Positions 1 through 15,000 of a stretch of 64,000 bases of DNA are shown here, one piece after another. Each line of letters begins with the position of its first letter. The stretch's first letter is position 1. The notes under the pieces are model-generated. The model saw only the letters and a list, made by a program, of their open reading frames with translations, did not search any database and was not told where the DNA came from. The DNA comes from Eledone cirrhosa (Eukaryota), in the NCBI GenBank assembly GCA_964016885.1, contig OZ024741.1:3596001-3660000 (forward strand). The letters are read 5' to 3'. A program made the position numbers and the translations under genes.

Positions 1-3000
1 TTCTACATCTAAGACCCTATCAATGTAGTTCTACATCTAAGGCCCTATCACTGTAGTTCTATATCTAAATTAAGACCCTATCACTGTAGTTCTACATCTA
101 AGACCCTATCACTGTAGTTCTATATCTAAGACCCTATCACTGTAGTTCTATATCTAAGACCCTATCACTGTAGTTCTACATCTAAGACCCTATCACTGTA
201 GTTCCACATCTAAGACCCTATCACTGTAATTCTACATATAAGACCCTATCACTGTAGTTCTACATCTAAGACCCTATCACTGTAATTCTACATATAAGAC
301 CCTATCACTGTAGTTCTATATCTAAGACCCTATCACTGTAGTTCTATATCTAAGACCCTATCACTGTAGTTCTACATCTAAGACCCTATCACTGTAGTTC
401 TATATCTAAGACCCTATCACTGTAGTTCTATATTTAAGACCCTATCACTGTAGTTCTACATCTAAGACCCTATCACTGTAGTTCTACATCTAAGACCCTA
501 TCACTGTAATTCTACATATAAGACCCTATCACTGTAGTTCTACATCTAAGACCCTATCACTGTAATTCTACATATAAGACCCTATCACTGTAGTTCTATA
601 TCTAAGACCCTATCACTGTAGTTCTATATCTAAGACCCTATCACTGTAGTTCTACATCTAAGACCCTATCAATGTAGTTCTACATCTAAGGCCCTATCAC
701 TGTAGTTCTACATCTAAGTTAAGACCCTATCACTGTAGTTTTACATCTAAGACCCTATCACTGTAGTTCTACATCTAAGGCCCTATCACTGTAGTTCTAC
801 ATCTAAGTTAAGACCCTATCACTGTAGTTCTACATCTAAGTTAAGACCCTATCACTGTAGTTCTACATCTAAGACCCTATCACTGTAGTTCTACATTTAA
901 GACCCTATCACTGTAGTTCTACATCTAAGTTAAGACAGTCACTGTAGTTCTACATATAAGTTAAGACCCTATCACTGTAGTTCTACATCTAAGACCCTAT
1001 CACTGTAGTTCTATATCTAAGACCCTATCACTGTAGTTCTACATCTAAGGCCCTATCACTGTAGTTCTATATCTAAGACCCTATCACAGTAGTTCTACAT
1101 CTAAGACCCTATCACTGTAGTTCTACATCTAAGACCCTATCACTGTAGTTCTACATCTAAGACCCTATCACTGTAGTTCTACATCTAAGGCCCTATCACT
1201 GTAGTTCTATATCTAAGACCCTATCACTGAGGTTCTACATCTAAGGCCCTATCACTGTAGTTCTATATCTAAGACCCTATCACTGTAGTTCTATATCTAA
1301 GACCCTATCACAGTAGTTCTACATCTAAGTTAAGACCCTATCACTGTAGTTCTACATCTAAGACCCTATCACTGTAGTTTTATATCCAAGACCCTGTCAC
1401 TGTAGTTCTACATCTAAGACCCTATCACTGTAGTTCTACATCTAAGACCCTATCACTGTAGTTCTACATCTAAGACCCTATCACTGTAGTTCTACATCTA
1501 AGACCCTATCACTGTAGTTCTACATCTAAGACCCTATCACTGTAGTTCTATATCTAAGTTAAGACCCTATCACTGTAGTTCTATATCTAAGTTAAGACCC
1601 TATCACTGTAGTTCTATATCTAAGACCCTATCACTGTAGTTCTACATCTAAGACCCTATCACTGCAGTTCTACATCTAAGGCTCTATCACTGTAGTTCTA
1701 CATCTAAGACCCTATCACTGTAGTTCTACATCTAAGACCCTATCACAGTAGTTCTACATCTAAGACCCTATCACAGTAGTTCTATATCTAAGTTAAGACC
1801 CTATCATTGTAGTTCTACATCTAAGGCCCTATCACTGTAGTTCTATATCTAAGACCCTATCACTATAGTTCTACATCTAAAACCCTATCACTGTAGTTCT
1901 ACATCTAAGACCCTGTCACTGTAGTTCTACATCTAAGACCTTTTCACTGTAGTTCTATATCTAAGACTCTATCACTGTAGTTCTATATCTAAGACTCTAT
2001 CACTGTAGTTCTACATCTAAGACCCTATCACTGTAGTTCTACATCTAAGTTAAGACCCTATCACTGTAGTTCTACATCTAAGACCCTATCACTGTAGTTC
2101 TACATCTAAGACCCTATCAATGTAGTTCTACATCTAAGGCCCTATCACTGTAGTTCTACATCTAAGTTAAGACCCTATCACTGTAGTTCTACATCTAAGA
2201 CCCTATCACTGTAGTTCTACATCTAAGGCCCTATCACTGTAGTTCTACATCTAAGTTAAGACCCTATCACTGTAGTTCTAAATCTAAGACCCTATCACTG
2301 TAGTTCTACATCTAAGACCCTATCACTGTAGTTCTATATCTAAAACCCTATCACAGTAGTTCTACATCTAAGTTAAGACAGTCACTGTAGTTCTACATAT
2401 AAGTTAAGACCCTATCACTGTAGTTCTACATCTAAGACCCTATCACTGTAGTTCTACATCTAAGACCCTATCACTGTAGTTCTATATCTAAGACCCTATC
2501 ACTGTAGCTCTACATCTAAGATCCTATCACTGTAGGTCTACATCTAAGACCCTATCACTGTAGTTCTACATCTAAGACCCTATCACTGTAGTTCTACATC
2601 TAAGACACTATGACTGTAGTTCTATATCCAAGACCCTATCACTGTAGTTCTACATCTAAGACCCTATGACTGTAGTTCTATATCTAAGACCCTATCACTG
2701 TAGTTCTACATCTAAGGCCCTATCACCTGTAGTTCTATATCTAAGACCCTATCACTGTAGTTCTATATCTAAGACCCTATCACAGTAGTTCTACATCTAA
2801 GTTAAGACCCTATCACTGTAGTTCTACATCTAAGACCCTATCACTGTAGTTTTATATCCAAGACCCTATCACTGTAGTTCTACATCTAAGACCCTATCAC
2901 TGTAGTTCTACATATAAGACCCTATCACTGTAGTTCTACATATAAGACCCTATCACTGTAGTTCTACATATAAGACCCTATCACTGTAGTTCTACATCTA

Positions 3001-6000
3001 AGGCCCTATCACTGTAGTTCTATATCTAAGACCCTATCACTGTAGTTCTACATATAAGACCGTATCACTGTAGTTCTACATATAAGACCCTATCATTATA
3101 GTTCTACATCTAAGACCCTATCACTGTAGTTCTATATCTAAGACCGTATCACAGTAGTTCTATATCTAAGACCCTATCACTGTAGTTCTACATATAAGGC
3201 CCTATCACTGTAGTTCTATATCTAAGACCCTATCACTGTAGTTCTACATCTAAGACCCTATCAATGTAGTTCTACATCTAAGGCCCTATCACTGTAGTTC
3301 TATATCTAAATTAAGACCCTATCACTGTAGTTCTACATCTAAGACCCTATCACTGTAGTTCTATATCTAAGACCCTATCACTGTAGTTCTATATCTAAGA
3401 CCCTATCACTGTAGTTCTACATCTAAGACCCTATCACTGTAGTTCCACATCTAAGACCCTATCACTGTAATTCTACATATAAGACCCTATCACTGTAGTT
3501 CTACATCTAAGACCCTATCACTGTAATTCTACATATAAGACCCTATCACTGTAGTTCTATATCTAAGACCCTATCACTGTAGTTCTATATCTAAGACCCT
3601 ATCACTGTAGTTCTACATCTAAGACCCTATCACTGTAGTTCTATATCTAAGACCCTATCACTGTAGTTCTATATTTAAGACCCTATCACTGTAGTTCTAC
3701 ATCTAAGACCCTATCACTGTAGTTCTACATCTAAGACCCTATCACTGTAATTCTACATATAAGACCCTATCACTGTAGTTCTACATCTAAGACCCTATCA
3801 CTGTAATTCTACATATAAGACCCTATCACTGTAGTTCTATATCTAAGACCCTATCACTGTAGTTCTATATCTAAGACCCTATCACTGTAGTTCTACATCT
3901 AAGACCCTATCAATGTAGTTCTACATCTAAGGCCCTATCACTGTAGTTCTACATCTAAGTTAAGACCCTATCACTGTAGTTTTACATCTAAGACCCTATC
4001 ACTGTAGTTCTACATCTAAGGCCCTATCACTGTAGTTCTACATCTAAGTTAAGACCCTATCACTGTAGTTCTACATCTAAGTTAAGACCCTATCACTGTA
4101 GTTCTACATCTAAGACCCTATCACTGTAGTTCTACATTTAAGACCCTATCACTGTAGTTCTACATCTAAGTTAAGACAGTCACTGTAGTTCTACATATAA
4201 GTTAAGACCCTATCACTGTAGTTCTACATCTAAGACCCTATCACTGTAGTTCTATATCTAAGACCCTATCACTGTAGTTCTACATCTAAGGCCCTATCAC
4301 TGTAGTTCTATATCTAAGACCCTATCACAGTAGTTCTACATCTAAGACCCTATCACTGTAGTTCTACATCTAAGACCCTATCACTGTAGTTCTACATCTA
4401 AGACCCTATCACTGTAGTTCTACATCTAAGGCCCTATCACTGTAGTTCTATATCTAAGACCCTATCACTGAGGTTCTACATCTAAGGCCCTATCACTGTA
4501 GTTCTATATCTAAGACCCTATCACTGTAGTTCTATATCTAAGACCCTATCACAGTAGTTCTACATCTAAGTTAAGACCCTATCACTGTAGTTCTACATCT
4601 AAGACCCTATCACTGTAGTTTTATATCCAAGACCCTGTCACTGTAGTTCTACATCTAAGACCCTATCACTGTAGTTCTACATCTAAGACCCTATCACTGT
4701 AGTTCTACATCTAAGACCCTATCACTGTAGTTCTACATCTAAGACCCTATCACTGTAGTTCTATATCTAAGTTAAGACCCTATCACTGTAGTTCTATATC
4801 TAAGTTAAGACCCTATCACTGTAGTTCTATATCTAAGACCCTATCACTGTAGTTCTACATCTAAGACCCTATCACTGCAGTTCTACATCTAAGGCTCTAT
4901 CACTGTAGTTCTACATCTAAGACCCTATCACTGTAGTTCTACATCTAAGACCCTATCACAGTAGTTCTACATCTAAGACCCTATCACAGTAGTTCTATAT
5001 CTAAGTTAAGACCCTATCATTGTAGTTCTACATCTAAGGCCCTATCACTGTAGTTCTATATCTAAGACCCTATCACTATAGTTCTACATCTAAGACCCTA
5101 TCACTGTAGTTCTACATCTAAAACCCTATCACTGTAGTTCTACATCTAAGACCCTATCACTGTAGTTCTATATCTAAGTTAAGACCCTATCACTGTAGTT
5201 CTACATCTAAGACCCTATCACTGTAGTTCTGTATCTAAGACTCTATCACTGTAGTTCTACATCTAAGACCCTGTCACTGTAGTTCTACATCTAAGACCCT
5301 ATCACTGTAGTTCTATATCTAAGACCCTATCACTGTAGTTCTACATCTAAGACCCTATCACTGTAGTTCTATATCTAAGACCCTATCACTGTAGTTCTAC
5401 ATCTAAGACCCTATCACTGTAGTTCTACATCTAAGACCCTATCACTGTAGTTCTATATCTAAGTTAAGACCCTATCACTGTAGTTCTACATCTAAGGCCC
5501 TATCACTGTAGTTCTATATCTAAGACCCTATCACTGTAGTTCTACATCTAAGACCCTATCACTGTAGTTCTATATCTAAGACCCTATCACTGTAGTTCTA
5601 TATCTAAGACCCTATCACTGTAGTTCTACATCTAAGACCCTATCACTGTAGTTCCACATCTAAGACCCTATCACTGTAATTCTACATATAAGACCCTATC
5701 ACTGTAGTTCTACATCTAAGACCCTATCACTGTAATTCTACATATAAGACCCTATCACTGTAGTTCTATATCTAAGACCCTATCACTGTAGTTCTATATC
5801 TAAGACCCTATCACTGTAGTTCTACATCTAAGACCCTATCACTGTAGTTCTATATCTAAGACCCTATCACTGTAGTTCTATATTTAAGACCCTATCACTG
5901 TAGTTCTACATCTAAGACCCTATCACTGTAGTTCTACATCTAAGACCCTATCACTGTAATTCTACATATAAGACCCTATCACTGTAGTTCTACATCTAAG

Positions 6001-9000
6001 ACCCTATCACTGTAATTCTACATATAAGACCCTATCACTGTAGTTCTATATCTAAGACCCTATCACTGTAGTTCTATATCTAAGACCCTATCACTGTAGT
6101 TCTACATCTAAGACCCTATCAATGTAGTTCTACATCTAAGGCCCTATCACTGTAGTTCTACATCTAAGTTAAGACCCTATCACTGTAGTTTTACATCTAA
6201 GACCCTATCACTGTAGTTCTACATCTAAGGCCCTATCACTGTAGTTCTACATCTAAGTTAAGACCCTATCACTGTAGTTCTACATCTAAGTTAAGACCCT
6301 ATCACTGTAGTTCTACATCTAAGACCCTATCACTGTAGTTCTACATTTAAGACCCTATCACTGTAGTTCTACATCTAAGTTAAGACAGTCACTGTAGTTC
6401 TACATATAAGTTAAGACCCTATCACTGTAGTTCTACATCTAAGACCCTATCACTGTAGTTCTATATCTAAGACCCTATCACTGTAGTTCTACATCTAAGG
6501 CCCTATCACTGTAGTTCTATATCTAAGACCCTATCACAGTAGTTCTACATCTAAGACCCTATCACTGTAGTTCTACATCTAAGACCCTATCACTGTAGTT
6601 CTACATCTAAGACCCTATCACTGTAGTTCTACATCTAAGGCCCTATCACTGTAGTTCTATATCTAAGACCCTATCACTGAGGTTCTACATCTAAGGCCCT
6701 ATCACTGTAGTTCTATATCTAAGACCCTATCACTGTAGTTCTATATCTAAGACCCTATCACAGTAGTTCTACATCTAAGTTAAGACCCTATCACTGTAGT
6801 TCTACATCTAAGACCCTATCACTGTAGTTTTATATCCAAGACCCTGTCACTGTAGTTCTACATCTAAGACCCTATCACTGTAGTTCTACATCTAAGACCC
6901 TATCACTGTAGTTCTACATCTAAGACCCTATCACTGTAGTTCTACATCTAAGACCCTATCACTGTAGTTCTATATCTAAGTTAAGACCCTATCACTGTAG
7001 TTCTATATCTAAGTTAAGACCCTATCACTGTAGTTCTATATCTAAGACCCTATCACTGTAGTTCTACATCTAAGACCCTATCACTGCAGTTCTACATCTA
7101 AGGCTCTATCACTGTAGTTCTACATCTAAGACCCTATCACTGTAGTTCTACATCTAAGACCCTATCACAGTAGTTCTACATCTAAGACCCTATCACAGTA
7201 GTTCTATATCTAAGTTAAGACCCTATCATTGTAGTTCTACATCTAAGGCCCTATCACTGTAGTTCTATATCTAAGACCCTATCACTATAGTTCTACATCT
7301 AAGACCCTATCACTGTAGTTCTACATCTAAAACCCTATCACTGTAGTTCTACATCTAAGACCCTATCACTGTAGTTCTATATCTAAGTTAAGACCCTATC
7401 ACTGTAGTTCTACATCTAAGACCCTATCACTGTAGTTCTGTATCTAAGACTCTATCACTGTAGTTCTACATCTAAGACCCTGTCACTGTAGTTCTACATC
7501 TAAGACCCTATCACTGTAGTTCTATATCTAAGACCCTATCACTGTAGTTCTACATCTAAGACCCTATCACTGTAGTTCTATATCTAAGACCCTATCACTG
7601 TAGTTCTACATCTAAGACCCTATCACTGTAGTTCTACATCTAAGACCCTATCACTGTAGTTCTATATCTAAGTTAAGACCCTATCACTGTAGTTCTACAT
7701 CTAAGACCCTATCAATGTAGTTCTACATCTAAGGCCCTATCACTGTAGTTCTACATCTAAGTTAAGACCCTATCACTGTAGTTTTACATCTAAGACCCTA
7801 TCACTGTAGTTCTACATCTAAGGCCCTATCACTGTAGTTCTACATCTAAGTTAAGACCCTATCACTGTAGTTCTACATCTAAGTTAAGACCCTATCACTG
7901 TAGTTCTACATCTAAGACCCTATCACTGTAGTTCTACATTTAAGACCCTATCACTGTAGTTCTACATCTAAGTTAAGACAGTCACTGTAGTTCTACATAT
8001 AAGTTAAGACCCTATCACTGTAGTTCTACATCTAAGACCCTATCACTGTAGTTCTATATCTAAGACCCTATCACTGTAGTTCTACATCTAAGGCCCTATC
8101 ACTGTAGTTCTATATCTAAGACCCTATCACAGTAGTTCTACATCTAAGACCCTATCACTGTAGTTCTACATCTAAGACCCTATCACTGTAGTTCTACATC
8201 TAAGACCCTATCACTGTAGTTCTACATCTAAGGCCCTATCACTGTAGTTCTATATCTAAGACCCTATCACTGAGGTTCTACATCTAAGGCCCTATCACTG
8301 TAGTTCTATATCTAAGACCCTATCACTGTAGTTCTATATCTAAGACCCTATCACAGTAGTTCTACATCTAAGTTAAGACCCTATCACTGTAGTTCTACAT
8401 CTAAGACCCTATCACTGTAGTTTTATATCCAAGACCCTGTCACTGTAGTTCTACATCTAAGACCCTATCACTGTAGTTCTACATCTAAGACCCTATCACT
8501 GTAGTTCTACATCTAAGACCCTATCACTGTAGTTCTACATCTAAGACCCTATCACTGTAGTTCTATATCTAAGTTAAGACCCTATCACTGTAGTTCTATA
8601 TCTAAGTTAAGACCCTATCACTGTAGTTCTATATCTAAGACCCTATCACTGTAGTTCTACATCTAAGACCCTATCACTGCAGTTCTACATCTAAGGCTCT
8701 ATCACTGTAGTTCTACATCTAAGACCCTATCACTGTAGTTCTACATCTAAGACCCTATCACAGTAGTTCTACATCTAAGACCCTATCACAGTAGTTCTAT
8801 ATCTAAGTTAAGACCCTATCATTGTAGTTCTACATCTAAGGCCCTATCACTGTAGTTCTATATCTAAGACCCTATCACTATAGTTCTACATCTAAGACCC
8901 TATCACTGTAGTTCTACATCTAAAACCCTATCACTGTAGTTCTACATCTAAGACCCTATCACTGTAGTTCTATATCTAAGTTAAGACCCTATCACTGTAG

Positions 9001-12000
9001 TTCTACATCTAAGACCCTATCACTGTAGTTCTGTATCTAAGACTCTATCACTGTAGTTCTACATCTAAGACCCTGTCACTGTAGTTCTACATCTAAGACC
9101 CTATCACTGTAGTTCTATATCTAAGACCCTATCACTGTAGTTCTACATCTAAGACCCTATCACTGTAGTTCTATATCTAAGACCCTATCACTGTAGTTCT
9201 ACATCTAAGACCCTATCACTGTAGTTCTACATCTAAGACCCTATCACTGTAGTTCTATATCTAAGTTAAGACCCTATCACTGTAGTTCTACATCTAAGGC
9301 CCTATCACTGTAGTTCTATATCTAAGACCCTATCACTGTAGTTCTACATCTAAGACCCTATCACTGTAGTTCTACATCTAAGACCCTATCACTGTAGTTC
9401 TATATCTAAGACCCTATCACTGTAGTTCTACATCTAAGACCCATCACTGTAGTTCTAAATGTAAGACCCTATCTCTGTAGTTCTACATCTAAAACCCTAT
9501 CACTATAGTTCTATATCTAAGACCCTACCACTGTAGTTCTACATCTAAGACCTTAACACTGTAGTTCTATATCTAAGACTCTATCACTGTAGTTCTACAT
9601 GTAAGACCCTGCCACTGTAGTTCTACATCTAAGACCCTATCACTGTAGTTCTACATCTAAGACCCTATCACTGTAGTTCTACATCTAAGACCCTATCACT
9701 GTAGTTCTATATCTAAGTTAAGACCCTATCACTGTAGTTCTACATCTAAGGCCCTATCACTGTAGTTCAACATCTAAGTTAAGACCCTATCACTGTAGTT
9801 CTACATCTAAGACCCTATCACTGTAGTTCTACATCTAAGTTAAGACCCTCTCACTGTAGTTCTACATCTAAGTTAAGACCGTATCACTGTAGTTCTACAT
9901 CTAAGACCCTATCACTGTAGTTCTACATCTAAGACCCTATCACTGTAGTTCTACATATAAGACCCTATCACAGTAGTTCTACATCTAAGACCCTATCACT
10001 GTAGTTCTATATCTAAGACCCTATCACTGTAGTTCTACATCTAAGACCCTATCACTGCAGTTCTACATCTAAGGCTCTATCACTGTAGTTCTACATCTAA
10101 GACACTATCACTGTAGTTCTACATCTAAGGCCCTATCACTGTAGTTCTACATATAAGACCCTATCACTGTAGTTCTAATTATAAGTTAAGACCCTATCAC
10201 TGTAGTTCTATATCTAAGTTAAGACTCTATCACTGTAGTTCTACATCTAAGACCCTATCACTGTAGTTCTACATCTAAGGCCCTATCACTGTAGTTCTAC
10301 ATGTAAGTTAAGACCCTATCACTGTAGTTCTATATCTAAGTTCAGACCCTATCACTGTAGTTCTACATCTAAGACCCTATCACTGTAGTTCTACATCTAA
10401 GACCCTATCACTGTAATTCTACATATAAGACCCTATCACTGTAGTTCTACATCTAAGACCCTATCACTGTAATTCTACATATAAGACCCTATCACTGTAG
10501 TTCTATATCTAAGACCCTATCACTGTAGTTCTATATCTAAGACCCCATCACTGTAGTTCTACATCTAAGACCCTATCACTGTAGTTCTATATCTAAGACC
10601 CTATCACTGTAGTTCTATATCTAAGACCCTATCACTGTAGTTCTACATCTAAGACCCTATCACTGTAGTTCTACATCTAAGACCCTATCACTGTAATTCT
10701 ACATATAAGACCCTATCACTGTAGTTCTACATCTAAGACCCTATCACTGTAATTCTACATATAAGACCCTATCACTGTAGTTCTATATCTAAGACCCTAT
10801 CACTGTAGTTCTATATCTAAGACCCTATCACTGTAGTTCTACATCTAAGACCCTATCAATGTAGTTCTACATCTAAGGCCCTATCACTGTAGTTCTACAT
10901 CTAAGTTAAGACCCTATCACTGTAGTTTTACATCTAAGACCCTATCACTGTAGTTCTACATCTAAGGCCCTATCACTGTAGTTCTACATCTAAGTTAAGA
11001 CCCTATCACTGTAGTTCTACATCTAAGTTAAGACCCTATCACTGTAGTTCTACATGTAAGACCCTATCACTGTAGTTCTACATTTAAGACCCTATCACTG
11101 TAGTTCTACATCTAAGGCCCTATCACTGTAGTTCTATATCTAAGACCCTATCACAGTAATTCTACATCTAAGACCCTATCACTGTAGTTCTATATCTAAG
11201 ACCCTATCACTGTAGTTCTACATCTAAGGCCCTATCACTATAGTTCTACATCTAAGACCCTATCACTGTAGTTCTACATCTAAGACCCTATCACTGTAGT
11301 TCTACATCTAAGACCCTATCACTGTAGTTCTACATCTAAGGCCCTATCACTGTAGTTCTATATCTAAGACCCTATCACTGAGGTTCTACATCTAAGGCCC
11401 TATCACTGTAGTTCTATATCTAAGACCCTATCACTGTAGTTCTACATCTAAGACCCTATCACTGTAGTTCTATATCTAAGACCCTATCACTGTAGTTCTA
11501 CATCTAAGACCCATCACTGTAGTTCTAAATGTAAGACCCTATCTCTGTAGTTCTACATCTAAAACCCTATCACTATAGTTCTATATCTAAGACCCTACCA
11601 CTGTAGTTCTACATCTAAGACCCTATCACTGTAGTTCTATATCTAAGACCTTATCACTGTAGTTCTATATCTAAGACTCTATCACTGTAGTTCTACATCT
11701 AAAACCCTATCACTATAGTTCTATATCTAAGACCCTACCACTATAGTTCTACATCTAAGACCTTATCACTGTAGTTCTATATCTAAGACCCTATCACTGT
11801 AGTTCTACAACTAAAACCCTATCACTATAGTTCTATATCTAAGACCCTACCACTGTAGTTCTACATCTAGGACCCTATCACTGTAGTTCTATATCTAAGA
11901 CCTTATCACTGTAGTTCTATATCTAAGACCCTATCACTGTAGTTCTACATCTAAAACCCTATCACTGTAGTTCTACATCTAAGACCCTGTCACTGTAGTT

Positions 12001-15000
12001 CTACATCTAAGACCTTTTCACTGTAGTTCTATATCTAAGACTCTATCACTGTAGTTCTATATCTAAGACTCTATCACTGTAGTTCTACATCTAAGACCCT
12101 ATCACTGTAGTTCTACATCTAAGTTAAGACCCTATCACTGTAGTTCTACATCTAAGACCCTATCACTGTAGTTCTACATCTAAGACCCTATCAATGTAGT
12201 TCTACATCTAAGGCCCTATCACTGTAGTTCTACATCTAAGTTAAGACCCTATCACTGTAGTTCTACATCTAAGACCCTATCACTGTAGTTCTACATCTAA
12301 GGCCCTATCACTGTAGTTCTACATCTAAGTTAAGACCCTATCACTGTAGTTCTAAATCTAAGACCCTATCACTGTAGTTCTACATCTAAGACCCTATCAC
12401 TGTAGTTCTATATCTAAAACCCTATCACAGTAGTTCTACATCTAAGTTAAGACAGTCACTGTAGTTCTACATATAAGTTAAGACCCTATCACTGTAGTTC
12501 TACATCTAAGACCCTATCACTGTAGTTCTACATCTAAGACCCTATCACTGTAGTTCTATATCTAAGACCCTATCACTGTAGCTCTACATCTAAGATCCTA
12601 TCACTGTAGGTCTACATCTAAGACCCTATCACTGTAGTTCTACATCTAAGACCCTATCACTGTAGTTCTACATCTAAGACACTATGACTGTAGTTCTATA
12701 TCCAAGACCCTATCACTGTAGTTCTACATCTAAGACCCTATGACTGTAGTTCTATATCTAAGACCCTATCACTGTAGTTCTACATCTAAGGCCCTATCAC
12801 CTGTAGTTCTATATCTAAGACCCTATCACTGTAGTTCTATATCTAAGACCCTATCACAGTAGTTCTACATCTAAGTTAAGACCCTATCACTGTAGTTCTA
12901 CATCTAAGACCCTATCACTGTAGTTTTATATCCAAGACCCTATCACTGTAGTTCTACATCTAAGACCCTATCACTGTAGTTCTACATATAAGACCCTATC
13001 ACTGTAGTTCTACATATAAGACCCTATCACTGTAGTTCTACATATAAGACCCTATCACTGTAGTTCTACATCTAAGGCCCTATCACTGTAGTTCTATATC
13101 TAAGACCCTATCACTGTAGTTCTACATATAAGACCGTATCACTGTAGTTCTACATATAAGACCCTATCATTATAGTTCTACATCTAAGACCCTATCACTG
13201 TAGTTCTATATCTAAGACCGTATCACAGTAGTTCTATATCTAAGACCCTATCACTGTAGTTCTACATATAAGGCCCTATCACTGTAGTTCTATATCTAAG
13301 ACCCTATCACTGTAGTTCTACATCTAAGACCCTATCAATGTAGTTCTACATCTAAGGCCCTATCACTGTAGTTCTATATCTAAATTAAGACCCTATCACT
13401 GTAGTTCTACATCTAAGACCCTATCACTGTAGTTCTATATCTAAGACCCTATCACTGTAGTTCTATATCTAAGACCCTATCACTGTAGTTCTACATCTAA
13501 GACCCTATCACTGTAGTTCCACATCTAAGACCCTATCACTGTAATTCTACATATAAGACCCTATCACTGTAGTTCTACATCTAAGACCCTATCACTGTAA
13601 TTCTACATATAAGACCCTATCACTGTAGTTCTATATCTAAGACCCTATCACTGTAGTTCTATATCTAAGACCCTATCACTGTAGTTCTACATCTAAGACC
13701 CTATCACTGTAGTTCTATATCTAAGACCCTATCACTGTAGTTCTATATTTAAGACCCTATCACTGTAGTTCTACATCTAAGACCCTATCACTGTAGTTCT
13801 ACATCTAAGACCCTATCACTGTAATTCTACATATAAGACCCTATCACTGTAGTTCTACATCTAAGACCCTATCACTGTAATTCTACATATAAGACCCTAT
13901 CACTGTAGTTCTATATCTAAGACCCTATCACTGTAGTTCTATATCTAAGACCCTATCACTGTAGTTCTACATCTAAGACCCTATCAATGTAGTTCTACAT
14001 CTAAGGCCCTATCACTGTAGTTCTACATCTAAGTTAAGACCCTATCACTGTAGTTTTACATCTAAGACCCTATCACTGTAGTTCTACATCTAAGGCCCTA
14101 TCACTGTAGTTCTACATCTAAGTTAAGACCCTATCACTGTAGTTCTACATCTAAGTTAAGACCCTATCACTGTAGTTCTACATCTAAGACCCTATCACTG
14201 TAGTTCTACATTTAAGACCCTATCACTGTAGTTCTACATCTAAGTTAAGACAGTCACTGTAGTTCTACATATAAGTTAAGACCCTATCACTGTAGTTCTA
14301 CATCTAAGACCCTATCACTGTAGTTCTATATCTAAGACCCTATCACTGTAGTTCTACATCTAAGGCCCTATCACTGTAGTTCTATATCTAGGACCCTATC
14401 ACAGTAGTTCTACATCTAAGACCCTATCACTGTAGTTCTACATCTAAGACCCTATCACTGTAGTTCTACATCTAAGACCCTATCACTGTAGTTCTACATC
14501 TAAGGCCCTATCACTGTAGTTCTATATCTAAGACCCTATCACTGAGGTTCTACATCTAAGGCCCTATCACTGTAGTTCTATATCTAAGACCCTATCACTG
14601 TAGTTCTATATCTAAGACCCTATCACAGTAGTTCTACATCTAAGTTAAGACCCTATCACTGTAGTTCTACATCTAAGACCCTATCACTGTAGTTTTATAT
14701 CCAAGACCCTGTCACTGTAGTTCTACATCTAAGACCCTATCACTGTAGTTCTACATCTAAGACCCTATCACTGTAGTTCTACATCTAAGACCCTATCACT
14801 GTAGTTCTACATCTAAGACCCTATCACTGTAGTTCTATATCTAAGTTAAGACCCTATCACTGTAGTTCTATATCTAAGTTAAGACCCTATCACTGTAGTT
14901 CTACATCTAAGACCCTATCACTGTAGTTCTACATCTAAGTTAAGACCCTATCCCTGTAGTTCTACATCTAAGACCCTATCACTGTAGTTCTACATCTAAG

